From Camelus dromedarius (taxonomy: Eukaryota): DNA of 64,000 nt. The notes under the pieces were generated by a model, which saw nothing but the letters and a program-made list of their open reading frames with translations, was not told where the DNA came from and made no database searches. A program made the position numbers and the translations under genes. Shown here piece by piece: positions 14,101 to 24,279 of the stretch. The stretch is taken from positions 122,700,001 to 122,764,000 of the forward strand of contig NC_087436.1 of the NCBI RefSeq assembly GCF_036321535.1, read 5' to 3'. Each line of letters opens with the position of its first letter. Positions within the stretch are counted from its first letter, which is position 1.

Positions 14101-17100
14101 TCAGTCTAACACTGATCAAAAGGGAAGCCTGTCTCCGCCGCTGACCTGTGAAACGTCCCAATTATACTCTTTGGAAATGACAGGGGCACTTAACTCCCGA
14201 GCCGGGCAAATGGCGACGATCAATCACGTTTGAATAACAATGAGCCGCGGACCTGAAAATTATTTTTGTATAGAATCTACCCAGGAATTTATGAAAGGTG
14301 GAGAGCAGCCCAAGGTTTTCGGGCATTACGGTCCTGGCTTGTGCAGCGCGTATCAAACACTAAACAGAATTTATGTGTTTTAATTTTCTAAAAGGTAGCT
14401 GTGGACTGGGTGCTACAATGCATAACATACAGTGCCAGCTTTTAAATATGGGGGTTGTTTTCATAAAATACTATGCTTATTGCCCACACCCTGGAATTTC
14501 CCCAAGGACTTTTATTGAATTTTCATTTCCCCCAAAATACTCAGCTGCTCTGCTAACTATCAGGAATTATACCTTCTTTCCCCCCAACCAAAGTTGTTTA
14601 TCCCTGTGATTAAATACAGAGCCCCAGCTCCCTTGTTCTTAAATTAGTGCTGACGAGGCCGCACACGTGTCCAGAAGGGCTGTCAGGCCCACTGTCGCCT
14701 GGTCCCTGGTCCGGCCCCCAGGCACAGCTCTGCTGGGAACAACCCCAGGGCTCCCAAGCAGGCGCCACTGCGGTGATCACTCCCACACTCGCATCTCCTG
14801 CTCCTTGGCAGCTGGGGTGACCCCTCAAACGATGGCAACACAGAAGCAGGGACTTCATTGCTAACACTGCACTCAAGCTTGAACGCACGAACCGAGGGAA
14901 AAGGGCAGCAGCACCTGGTGTCTGGAGGCACAGGTGTCCTGTGGCCGCGACGCCGGGCAACCAAGTGCCTGTTCAGAGGGAGGAAGCAACCCACCAGCCA
15001 GGCCAGACAGGCCTCCCAGGCTCTGGAGGAGCATGTGGCTGGAGAAACTGAGGCCGCAGGGAAGACTCCACCGAGCACACTGAAGGGCCCGCCCAGGGCT
15101 CCAGGGCAGTGTGGTGGCAATTCCCTCAAGGTTCAAGGGCACAGACTGGGTCAAAAGGCAGCACTGGGTGCGGGTAGGGAGACGCTGGGGGCAGAGCAGG
15201 GGCGTGTGGACACTGCCAGGAGCTGGGAAGGAGGTCACCGGCCCGAGGAGGAATCGGTGAAGGTGGGCAGCTTTTAGCGTGGGGTCAGACTAACTGTTCT
15301 CAGGAGCCGTCTGCTGGGAGCTGGGCTTCCCAGTCCTGATGAAACATCACAGAATACGCTGGGGAAACCAGCCCCGCCCCTCACCTGGGGGCCCAGAGGC
15401 CCCACCAAGCCCACCCACCCAGGGCCTTCGCCCACCTCCCTAACAGGTGAAGACCTTGGGGCCTGGGGGCCGGAGGCTCTGGGAGAGGCCAGCCCCCTGG
15501 ACTGAGGCCTCCAGAGGCGGCCCCAGGCCTCCGTCCGGTTTCATTCAAATGGACTCTCACCCACAGTTAAAAGGATTTAGAAAAATGAGGTTCTGTGATC
15601 ATAATTAAACAGGCAACAGAACGGCTAAAATATACAATGTAATCAGTTTACGGAAGCAGGTAGCGGGATGCTAATTACCGGAGGAGGCTGGGAAGAGTCT
15701 GCAGGCCGGGGCAGACCAAGACATGGCTGGACCACTAAACAAATCCCGCGCAACCTGATTAACTCGGGGCGCCATCTCTATTGTTTTCCACCCAAGAAAT
15801 CACTTTTGTTCAGTTTTATGTGTGTCTGTTTCCCTTTTTTTAAAAAAATGATGTAAGGCCTCCTCAGACAAGTAAGCTCAAAGCTGCATTTGTCTCCGCG
15901 GCTTGATGGCAACGCATTTAAAACCCCATTCTATCTTATAAACTAAAAATTAAACGTGCTCAGCTGTGGTGGTCGTCGCCACGGCTGCTATTTATATGCT
16001 AATGCCCTCCCTGGAAGGCCGTGCAAATCGCCCAGCCCAGCCAGTATCTCATGTGCATCTCTGCAGTGGGCGCACCTCAGAGGGCAGAGGATGGAGGTGG
16101 CCACGCAGGCACTGGGGACAGCACACACGGGGGTCTGGGATCCAGGGCAGCCAGGCACCCGGCCCAGAGTGGCCGTCATAGCGGGAGTGAGGCTTGAACA
16201 AGCCAAGCCCTGGGAGCTGCTCGGCGGTGCACAAGGAGGCCGCTGCCGCTCTGGGTCAACTGGACGTCTGGACGTCTGTTTCTAGGCCGAGGCTGGGTGG
16301 CCTGAGTCTGTGCTGCACCCAAATGAGCAGCTCCCTCTCCCCGGGTGCCCCCACCAGGCCTCACGGCTGGATTCCCATAAGATGCGGCCTCAGTGCTGCC
16401 AGTGTGAGTGGATGCAGAGCGGGGGCACTGCCTGCACCTCCTGTAACCGACACCACATCCTGCGGGGCTGGCTCTCAGCCCTGGTTGCTGCCCCAACGAC
16501 TACCATGCCCTCCTCCACAGCTAGACCTCCTAGGATTCCTGGTGTGGCAGCCTGGCCTCAGCGGGAAGGTTCACAAACTCCCCCAGACTCAGTCTTCTCA
16601 TCTGTAAAATGCGGGTGAGAACAGAATCTCCCCACAGGCCTGATTTTGCGATTATGGGAACCACATGTGAACAGGTTCAGAGGAGAGGGCCATCCTGGAG
16701 GATGCTGGGCGGATACGCTGTGGGCAGGAAGCACGCAGGGGCTGCGGGTGGAGAGGGTGGTCCCCAGCAGCTGAGAGCTCAGCCGGAGAACACGGGCAGA
16801 CCCCTCCCCCAGCTCCAGCCCTCAAGTGCAGCCTTCAGTGTGAAGGTGATGGAGGGAGCGCGTCACCAGGAAGGTTGTTTACTGGCCCTGCTCAGTACAA
16901 GGTCCTGCCGGTCGGTTGGCTGATTTAGCTTCCCTGCCTCTCTGGGTGCCCGATGGGTCAACATTTCATTCCCTGGGTTCCCGCTCTCCTTTTCATCTGC
17001 AGGCTGCCAGCACTTGGCCCCAGCAGTCAGAAATGTGTCCAATGTGCGGGAGCTGCCTTGCTTCCACCTCGTGCTGGTGGTGGACCCCACGCACCGCCCA

Positions 17101-20100
17101 GGTGCATGGGTTGGGAGGTGGTCCTAAAGGCAGCAGGCAAACAACAGAAAGACCTCTCCCAGAGTCCAGAGGCTCAAGCTCTGTCTGCTTTTGCAGAGAG
17201 TGAGGGTGTGCCTGAGCTAAAAACTACGCGGCTGCCACGCTAGCCCAGCTAGTGAGAAGGGGCGTCCATGCAGGCAGCGCGGCGTGGAAACGTGTAGCCC
17301 AGCGAGCAAAACGCCCATGCCGCCGACAGCTTGAACAGACTGGCGCTCAGATTTTTTTTCTGACTTACTGGTTGGTGGGAGACTAATATTTCGTTAACTA
17401 CACGATATGAAGTAAGTGGTCTTTGCTCTGTAATTAAACAGCAGGCAATTAAAAAGCTTTGAAAGGATTTTTATCAGTTTAATGAACATAGCAGCCTCCG
17501 ATCACTACACGTCTCCTCTAACAGTGGGGCTGGAAACTAAATCCACCAACCAGTGCTCCGTATTGACCTGGTGAAGATTTATCCCCCACCACGTCCACAG
17601 GGCGCTGGGCAGACCCTCCATAAAACAAGCAGTCACACACACTAAAACTGGCTTAAATGTTCTTTAAGGACAAAACACCTAAGTCAGAAGGAAAACAGTG
17701 TAGAAAGCAAGGCACCAAAGACAGAAAAGGGGAATCGTAAAAAAAGGCACGTCGGCAGGAGGCCGCGGGGAGAGCACGCCCCACGCCTTCGGCGCCACGG
17801 GGCCGCCTGTGTGCGCAGGGCCGTCACACCGCGGTCCAGGCGTCACACGCTCGTCCGGCTCCAAAATCCTGGACCACACGCTGCTGATCAGCGCTCCCCG
17901 CTCTGCCGGCAGGTCCGAAGGACGCCGAGCCAAGTGGGGAAGCGGCAGGGGGAGGAGTCAGACCGCGGACGGTTCACGGGGAAACCAGCCAGGGACGCTG
18001 GTCGATAAATCTCACACCCGCGGCGCGCGGCGCGGGCGCAGATGCGCAGATACCGCCGCCGCCGTGTCTATTCTGGGCAGCGGGCCTGCGGAGCCCCTCA
18101 GCCGCCCAGCCGCCCAGCCGCCACGCGGGCGACGGGTCCCCGCAGCCGCCGGCGGGGGGCAGCGCGGCTCCGGGAACCAGCGCGCGGAGCCTGACGGGGG
18201 CCGCGCGCAGTCGCCCCGCGGAGCCGGCCGGCGGCCTGCGGCTCTGGGGCTGCGCTCAGGCGCCCGGCCTCCCGCCCGGCCTCCCGCCCGGCCTCCCGCC
18301 CGGCACCCCGCCCGGCACGGCAACCTGGCGTCCGCCGAGGCTCAGAAGTAAAGTACCCCGACCTGCCAGGCCATGCTGGCCGGGGCAGTCCTCCTCCCCC
18401 AACCAGAAAACACTCTCTTCGTTGTAAAACAAGAAACTTGGTCGAAATTCACAGAACTAACTTATTTCCTGTTTAGTCCACAGCCGCCACGCTGACTGCC
18501 CGCGCCCACGCGGCTCGGGAGAAAGGCAGGGTCGCCCCCTGGCGGCCCCCGGGGGCCGTACACCTGCAAGTGTAGGCGGACAGCGGCTCGTCGCTCCCAC
18601 AGGACCCATGCCGAACCCTAACCCTAACCCTAACCCCCAGCAGCGAGGACTCGGAGCCAGGCTCGGGGTGCCAACCACTCCCACTCCAAATCCGAGGGGC
18701 TTCGAACTCCATCTTTCCCTCAACGGGAACGGTGCCCTCCCCTCTCAGGGCCTCCTCCTGACCCCTCCTCTCACTCAGGCGCCTCCCCCAGTTCAGGGTT
18801 GGGGTGGCCCTACCGTGTGGGTGCACTGACGTCTGATTCCTGGCTTCCGACCAGAGGCTGATGGGCTCCATCTGTGGCTGCTCCCTCCAGGTAGCACCCC
18901 CAGGGACACCTCGGAGGACCCAGCTCTCTCAGGGTCCCTTTCGAACACACAAGTCCAGGTCCTGGCGTGAGCCAACAGGAGGGGCCTGGATGCACAGGCA
19001 CCCAGTGTCCCAGAGCAAGTGGCTTCACCCCTGCCCAGCCCTCAGGGCCCCTGCATCAGGCCCACAGGTCTCTCCACGCGCCCTGCCTCGCTGGGGACAC
19101 AGCCAGCAGAGGGCCTCCCCCTTCCCGAACCATGCAGGGCCTCAGAGGCAGCGCCACACGCCCAGCAGATGTCTGGCCTAGAGCTCCTCCCCCCGCCCCC
19201 CAAAATGGGCACCAGTCCCCACATCCACCCAGCTCACTCGCCCTGGGCCTCTGCATAAGCCAGGAGGGAGACGTCCTGACTCTGAACCCCGCAGGCAGCT
19301 TCAGCCACAACGCAGACAGAAGGACCTCCAGCCTGAAGCTCGCTACTGATCTTCCCCCTTAAGGCCTCCACCCAACTCGCCCCTTCCCCTCACTGCCCCG
19401 CCTGCTCAGACCCCATCCCAGCCCCTGCGTCCACGGGGAGGGCCTGGCTGTGGTCTCTGGTCCCTTAGTTCAGAGCTCCCACTTGGGGAAGTCAGGCCCC
19501 AGTGAGGAAGAAACCAGAACACGCCTAGCCCCCAGGGACGTCTGCTTCCTTAGAAGGCTGAGCTAGGGTGAGAGAGGAGGGCCCCTGCGGTCCCCGCGGC
19601 CGGCTGGCGGCACTCACCTGCCTCCTGCAGCCCACCTCGGGTGAGATGTCCAGCTCACGGGACCGCCTCAGGGCAGTTTCCAGCTCCGCCTTTAGGTCAA
19701 TGGCTCCCTCCAAGTGCCCACCATGGGTCCCCGTGCGGGTGAACAGCTGCAAGAACGGGGTGTCACTCGGCGGGCCAGGTGCCCTCCCTCCCCGAAGCTG
19801 CCCCTACCCCCAAACCTGGCCTGAGCTGGGGGACACGCCTCACCTGGACCCAGGAGCACACAGCCGGCAGGAACTTGTTCTGGATGAGCCTCAGAGCATC
19901 CCGGGCTGCCTGGATGACGGCAAAGTTGTCCTCGTCCTCACGCACCCTCAGGCTGTCTGCAACACATATGTGGGTCACCAGGACCACCACTACCTGGGTA
20001 GGCACCTGGGCACCTCAGACAGGGCCACCATATTGCCCCACACCCCATCCGGCCACACGTTGCCCGGGACCCCAGATCTGGCCCCAGAAAGAGATTCGCT

Positions 20101-23100
20101 GCCTTGACCCCAATGCCTTCTCACACATTGGGCAGACCAGGGACCTTCCCTGCACTGCTCTCAGGATGAAGGCCCCACCCGCCCCTTGGCCCCAGGCCCC
20201 CCCTCCAAGCCCCACCATCCCAGTGATCTGCACCCGGGCCCCCCACCTCCTGCGAGCCAGCTGCGTCCCCAGCCCCCAGCCACATGGCAGTAAGCTCCTT
20301 AGTGCTTATAGGGTTCAAGGTGCCTGAGGGAGACAGGTATTTCCACAGCTACAGAGCCCTGCTGCCCTCCAGCCCCACCCACACCCCACGCACCAGCGAA
20401 CCACGAGTGGCAAGAGGCTGTTTCTCAATCATGTCTTCCTCCAGCCACTCTTTGACCCCTTTCCAGGGCCTCCATCACTCGGAGAGTCAGGCCTGCCATC
20501 ATGGCCAGGACTGTGTCACAACGAGGGCCTAGGGCACAGGACTCCCAAGCTTTGAGTCACCCCCACCCCTCCTTCACCCCTTGCCTCCCGGCCCTGAGAA
20601 GCCAGGGATCCGGAGCCAAGGAGGCATGGTGTGAGCGCAGCCTGGGTGGAGGACAAGAGAGACGTTACCTGAGGAGAGCTCCACGTCCAGCGTGTACTTG
20701 TGGGAGCCCAGCCCATGGCACCGCACGAACCCCTCCTGGTCGCTGTCCTCGTCCTCCGAGGGCCCCTCCACACCAACAGCTCCTGGGAGGGGGGCACAGG
20801 CAGCCAGGGCCTTGCTGCAGCAGGGCTGCTCCTCATCCTCAAGGTCGTGGGGACCCTCCCGGGCCACAGCTGAGGCCACAGTGGAGGCCATGGCGGGCAA
20901 AGCGGCCCCTGGGCTTGGGTCAAGGTCAAATGGCACGAGCAGCTGGAAGCAGCTCTCCACCTCCGTGAGGCAGCTGTGGATTTCCCCAGACATTTCTGGT
21001 AGGATAGAAACATGGTGAGCAGGGCCGTCAAAGGGAGGGCCCCTGGGTGACCAGCTCGAGACCGCCCACTTGGCCGCAGCAAAGCCATTCTCTGCGACAT
21101 GCTGGATTACCACTTTCAGGCGCTGACCTAAGCTGTGACGGGGCTGGTGGCGCATCTGTGGACACCCAGCTAGAGGCTGCCAGGGCGGAACCAGCGGAAG
21201 GGAGTGGCCAGGGCCTCCCCCGAGCCCAAGCACACCTCCGCCATCCCACCCTGACCGCTTCTCGCCCGGGACTTCCCCAGGGTGGACCAGCTCTCCCTGC
21301 CTTGCAGCCTTCCTGAGGCCAGGCTTTGGGAAGTGCCTTCACCCAGGCCACCTCCCAAGCTGCTCACACCCTGGCTGCCCCTCACAGGAAGAACCGGCTG
21401 CCAGAGGCAAATGGTGGGGGCTTGGGAAGGAAGCTGGCAAGACCAAAGACACCATGAGATGGACCTGGAGATTCAGACCACGGAGGGGTGCACTTCCCAA
21501 GTGTGACCGCCAGGAGCCGCAGGAGAGGCGTGGATGGCCTGCAGGGGCCCCTCCCTCCACCCCATCCCTCAAGCCCTGAGCTCTGCCCCCTACCCTCGCC
21601 AGGAACAGGCCGGATGGGAGGATGGAAGCTGGAAGCAGGCTTGCAAGCACCGCCTAGGAAGGTGTGGCAGTGGGTGGGGCACCCCTAGGCCGACCTCTCA
21701 CCTTCCATCTCCCTGGCCGCCCGCTCAGATCGTTCCCTGTAGATCCGCTCCAAGCGGTGCCGTTTCTCCTCTTCTCGCTTTCTCTCTGCCAGGGTCCTGG
21801 CGTTCACATCTTGGAAATCCACCTGAGAAGTGTCGATAAAGGTTAGACCTGACGACAAAGGACCCAAAGGAAACAAGAGTCAAGAAAGGGCCTCAGAAAA
21901 GACACACTAACATCTGGCCAGAAACTCTACGGATCTCGAGTTCACGTACAGTGTTTTAAAGTATAAAACTCTTAAAATTCAACTCTGACGTTTAACATCT
22001 GTTAAAAACACAACCAGTGGTGTTTCCTAGCAAAGTAAGAGGTAAAAAAGCTCTCCAGCCCCCAAGTATGCTGTGGGTGGCAAGGCGGCAAACTCACTCC
22101 AATTAGCGGGAGGGGAGGCTGCCGGCCCGCAACCACGGGCCTGAGAACAGCACCCAAGAGTGCACCCCAGAGGAGCGACGGGAAGGCAGCGCCCTCAGGC
22201 CAAGAGCAGGCCAGGCAGCTGGGGGAGGGTGGCTGAAGCCGGTCCCCGGTGGGGGGGGCGTTTCGTCCACCCAACGCCGGCCAGAGCCCTCAGTGGACCC
22301 ACACAGGAAGTCACAGTGCAGCACGGCCCCCCAAGTGCAGGAGACGCAGCGAAGGGCTGCGTCTGCGCAGCGGACTCTCATCCTCTTTTTTCACCTTTTG
22401 GTGGAAAACAGGTCCCAAGGCTCAGCTCCACCCACAGGCAAAGCTGCTTCTCCAGTCCTGGGAGCCCCACCCCCAACCGCCCTGCTGGTCACTGCCAGGC
22501 TGGCGCAGGGGACACAGGCTCAGGGCCCAGGCAGGTCTCCCCGCCCGGGCAGAGCAGCGGAGCGCGGGGCCGGCCCACCTGCTTGTTGTGCTGTAGGAAG
22601 TGAAAGCCCAGGGCCAGCTTCTTATAGGCTGCGCCGTACGTCTCGCTCCAGCTGCGGACGGCCCGGGTGGCGGCCCGCCTCAGCCTCTGCGCCACCTCCC
22701 GGGGCGGCGGCAGCGGCCGCTCGTGGTCTGTGCCCAGCGTAAGCTCCAGGAACTCCTGGAAGTTGGAAACGACCAGCATCCTGAACTGGTGAGACCTGGT
22801 GAAGAGCTCGTCCACAGCCTGGAAGGCGGAGAGGCGGACCTGGGCGTGCTCCTGGCTCAGCTGGGCCATCAGCAGGTGGTAGGCGTGGCTGAGCTGCTCC
22901 TCGGAAGACCTGGGGACAGAAGTCGTCCTCACCGAGCGCCTGACGCTCGGGGACAAGTTGGCTCCACAAGTGGGAGGGATGCAGGCCCTCTCACAACCCT
23001 TTCCTCTTTTTCCTAAGCAGAATGGACCATCTACTGTCCTTGGGCCAAATCTGGCCCAGCCTTCTTCTGTATGGCCCACCAGCCAAGAGTGGTTTTTACT

Positions 23101-24039
23101 CTGATTACATCAGCAGAATAACACTTTGTGGCAAGTGAAAACTATGTGAAGTTCAGTGTGAGTGCTCCTGGTTTCACTGGGACCCAGCCACACCCCTTCG
23201 CTCATGGCTAGTAGAGGTTGGCCACACCTCCCAGCCCCCTGGGAAGCTCTGTGGGCCTCTGAGAGTGGCCCTGGCAGGGCTGGTGTGCACCCTGCCTCTC
23301 CTGTTGCCCTTCTTCCTAGCTGTCCCCCATAAGCCCTGCTGTTGGGGGACTTTCCAGAGCACGCAGCAAAACCTGATATGAGCTAAAATCTTTGCATCAA
23401 GATGTAATCACTTCTTAAGTTCTCCTGTTTCGTAAATACACCACAAGGATAATCAGTAAACCTCCTCAGCTTAAGTTCCCAAAGTCTGAGAGGCTCTCAG
23501 CAGTGGAAGAGACGGACGCCTTCTAAGGACAGACAGACAGGCCCTGCGGAGCCCGGCTCCTGTGACCTCTAACCTGCCTCCCCCCACGTACCCCCCACAT
23601 ATTCCAACAATAAAGAGAAAGACACGTGCCAACCTACAAGTCACACAGGAGCGCTCAAGGACACACACACACAGAAAACAGACATCACCACAGCCTGAAT
23701 GTGTTCTCCCCCACCCTGGGACCACTGCCCAAAACACGACCGCCTGCAGGGGCTGGGCGCTGCTGGCTCTGGGGAAGCGTCGTATGTGTGTCCTATGCTG
23801 GTCTTTCCCAGCAGAGGGGGGAGCGTGGGGGCAGGCAGGGGCGCGTTGACCCCCCAGGGGAAGCCCCACAGTCTCCCAGGGCTGTCACGGATGTGCTCAG
23901 CCAGCCAGTCACCGTGAAACGTTGGACTTTATAAGACATACTTGCAAATTTTCTTCAGTTCCTTCATTTTTTCAGGATTCAGTTGGGGTTCCCCTGAAGT
24001 TGTGAGCTCTTCTACCAACTCTGAGAGTTTTTGATCCAT
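2039..24039 (-). CDS. UVSSA: UVSSA (UV-stimulated scaffold protein A), 13 coding exons, 687 aa
   Basis: Joined exons 23942-24039, 22579-22909, 21702-21822, 20669-20995, 19844-19956, 19618-19746, 12740-12848, 7721-7865, 7180-7305, 6354-6537, 5851-5962, 3572-3746, 2039-2132 give 2064 nt in frame: [33 protein letters not shown]...[13 protein letters not shown]. Confidence 0.97.
3572..3746 (-). CDS. UVSSA: UVSSA exon ([16 protein letters not shown]...KKVFAK)
   Basis: TTGCAG| acceptor, |GTAAGA donor, 175 nt. Confidence 0.95.
5851..5962 (-). CDS. UVSSA: UVSSA exon ([11 protein letters not shown]...AGRP; second half of zinc finger)
   Basis: CCGCAG| acceptor, |GTAGGT donor, 112 nt. Confidence 0.95.
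6354..6537 (-). CDS. UVSSA: UVSSA exon ([10 protein letters not shown]...[18 protein letters not shown]; first half of zinc finger)
   Basis: ACGCAG| acceptor, |GTGAGC donor, 184 nt. Confidence 0.95.
7180..7305 (-). CDS. UVSSA: UVSSA exon (APRGPEEA...[14 protein letters not shown]...EMLQ)
   Basis: CTCCAG| acceptor, |GTGAGT donor, 126 nt. Confidence 0.93.
7721..7865 (-). CDS. UVSSA: UVSSA exon (GLEKKPS...[10 protein letters not shown]...PPSPR)
   Basis: TCCCAG| acceptor, |GTGACT donor, 145 nt. Confidence 0.92.
12740..12848 (-). CDS. UVSSA: UVSSA exon with TFIIH-interacting acidic motif ([36 protein letters not shown])
   Basis: CCACAG| acceptor, |GTGAGC donor, 109 nt. Confidence 0.93.
16560..16680 (+). 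mobile_element. MIR SINE fragment
   Basis: CTCAGTCTTCTCATCTGTAAAATG is the MIR core motif. Confidence 0.7.
18261..18318 (+). repeat. 12-bp GC-rich tandem repeat (CCCGCCCGGCCT) x about 4.5
   Basis: cgcccggcctcccgcccggcctcccgcccggcctcccgcccggcaccccgcccggcac read directly. Confidence 0.9.
18616..18636 (-). repeat. Short telomeric-type repeat (GGGTTA)3GGG
   Basis: + strand CCCTAACCCTAACCCTAACCC. Confidence 0.9.
19618..19746 (-). CDS. UVSSA: UVSSA exon (LFTRTGTH...GCRRQ)
   Basis: TTGCAG| acceptor, |GTGAGT donor, 129 nt. Confidence 0.94.
19844..19956 (-). CDS. UVSSA: UVSSA exon ([11 protein letters not shown]...VCSWVQ)
   Basis: TTGCAG| acceptor, |GTGAGG donor, 113 nt. Confidence 0.95.
20669..20995 (-). 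CDS. UVSSA: UVSSA exon ([10 protein letters not shown]...EQPCCSK...TLDVELSS)
   Basis: TACCAG| acceptor, |GTAACG donor, 327 nt. Confidence 0.94.
21702..21822 (-). CDS. UVSSA: UVSSA exon ([10 protein letters not shown]...AAREME)
   Basis: TCTCAG| acceptor, |GTGAGA donor, 121 nt. Confidence 0.95.
22579..22909 (-). CDS. UVSSA: UVSSA exon, VHS-like domain ([10 protein letters not shown]...FLQHNKQ)
   Basis: CCCCAG| acceptor, |GTGGGC donor, 331 nt. Confidence 0.96.
23020..23160 (+). mobile_element. MER58-like hAT-Charlie MITE fragment
   Basis: GGGCCAAATCTGGCCC...GTATGGCCC...AAGAGTGGTTTTTAC resembles MER58. Confidence 0.5.
23942..24039 (-). CDS. UVSSA: UVSSA first coding exon ([11 protein letters not shown]...KKICK)
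   Basis: Acceptor TTCTAG| two nt before the ATG implies an upstream non-coding exon; donor |GTATGT. Not in the ORF track. Confidence 0.95.
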
Positions 24040-24279
24040 ATCTAGAAACACGTAATGCAAACGCTAAATAACCACCTCAGCTTTATTAGCAAACGTTTGC
24101 TGGGCTGCACTGTGTGCTGGCGTTGGGGCGTGGGTGCCAGGCTGGGGTCCTCACGCCCTGGCCTCTGTGAGATGACCCCTGAGGGCTGAAATACAATTCA
24201 GGGTGAGAGTCCGGGCCAGGCCAACGAGGCCTCTTCGGTGGTCATCAGGAAAAAAAAGGAAAGGGCAACAACAGAACGT

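Larger units (their letters stand above)
17750..18700. promoter_or_regulatory. Intragenic (orphan) CpG island in the largest UVSSA intron
   Basis: Very high CpG/GC density with no coding exon; contains a 12-bp tandem repeat and a telomeric motif. Confidence 0.8.
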
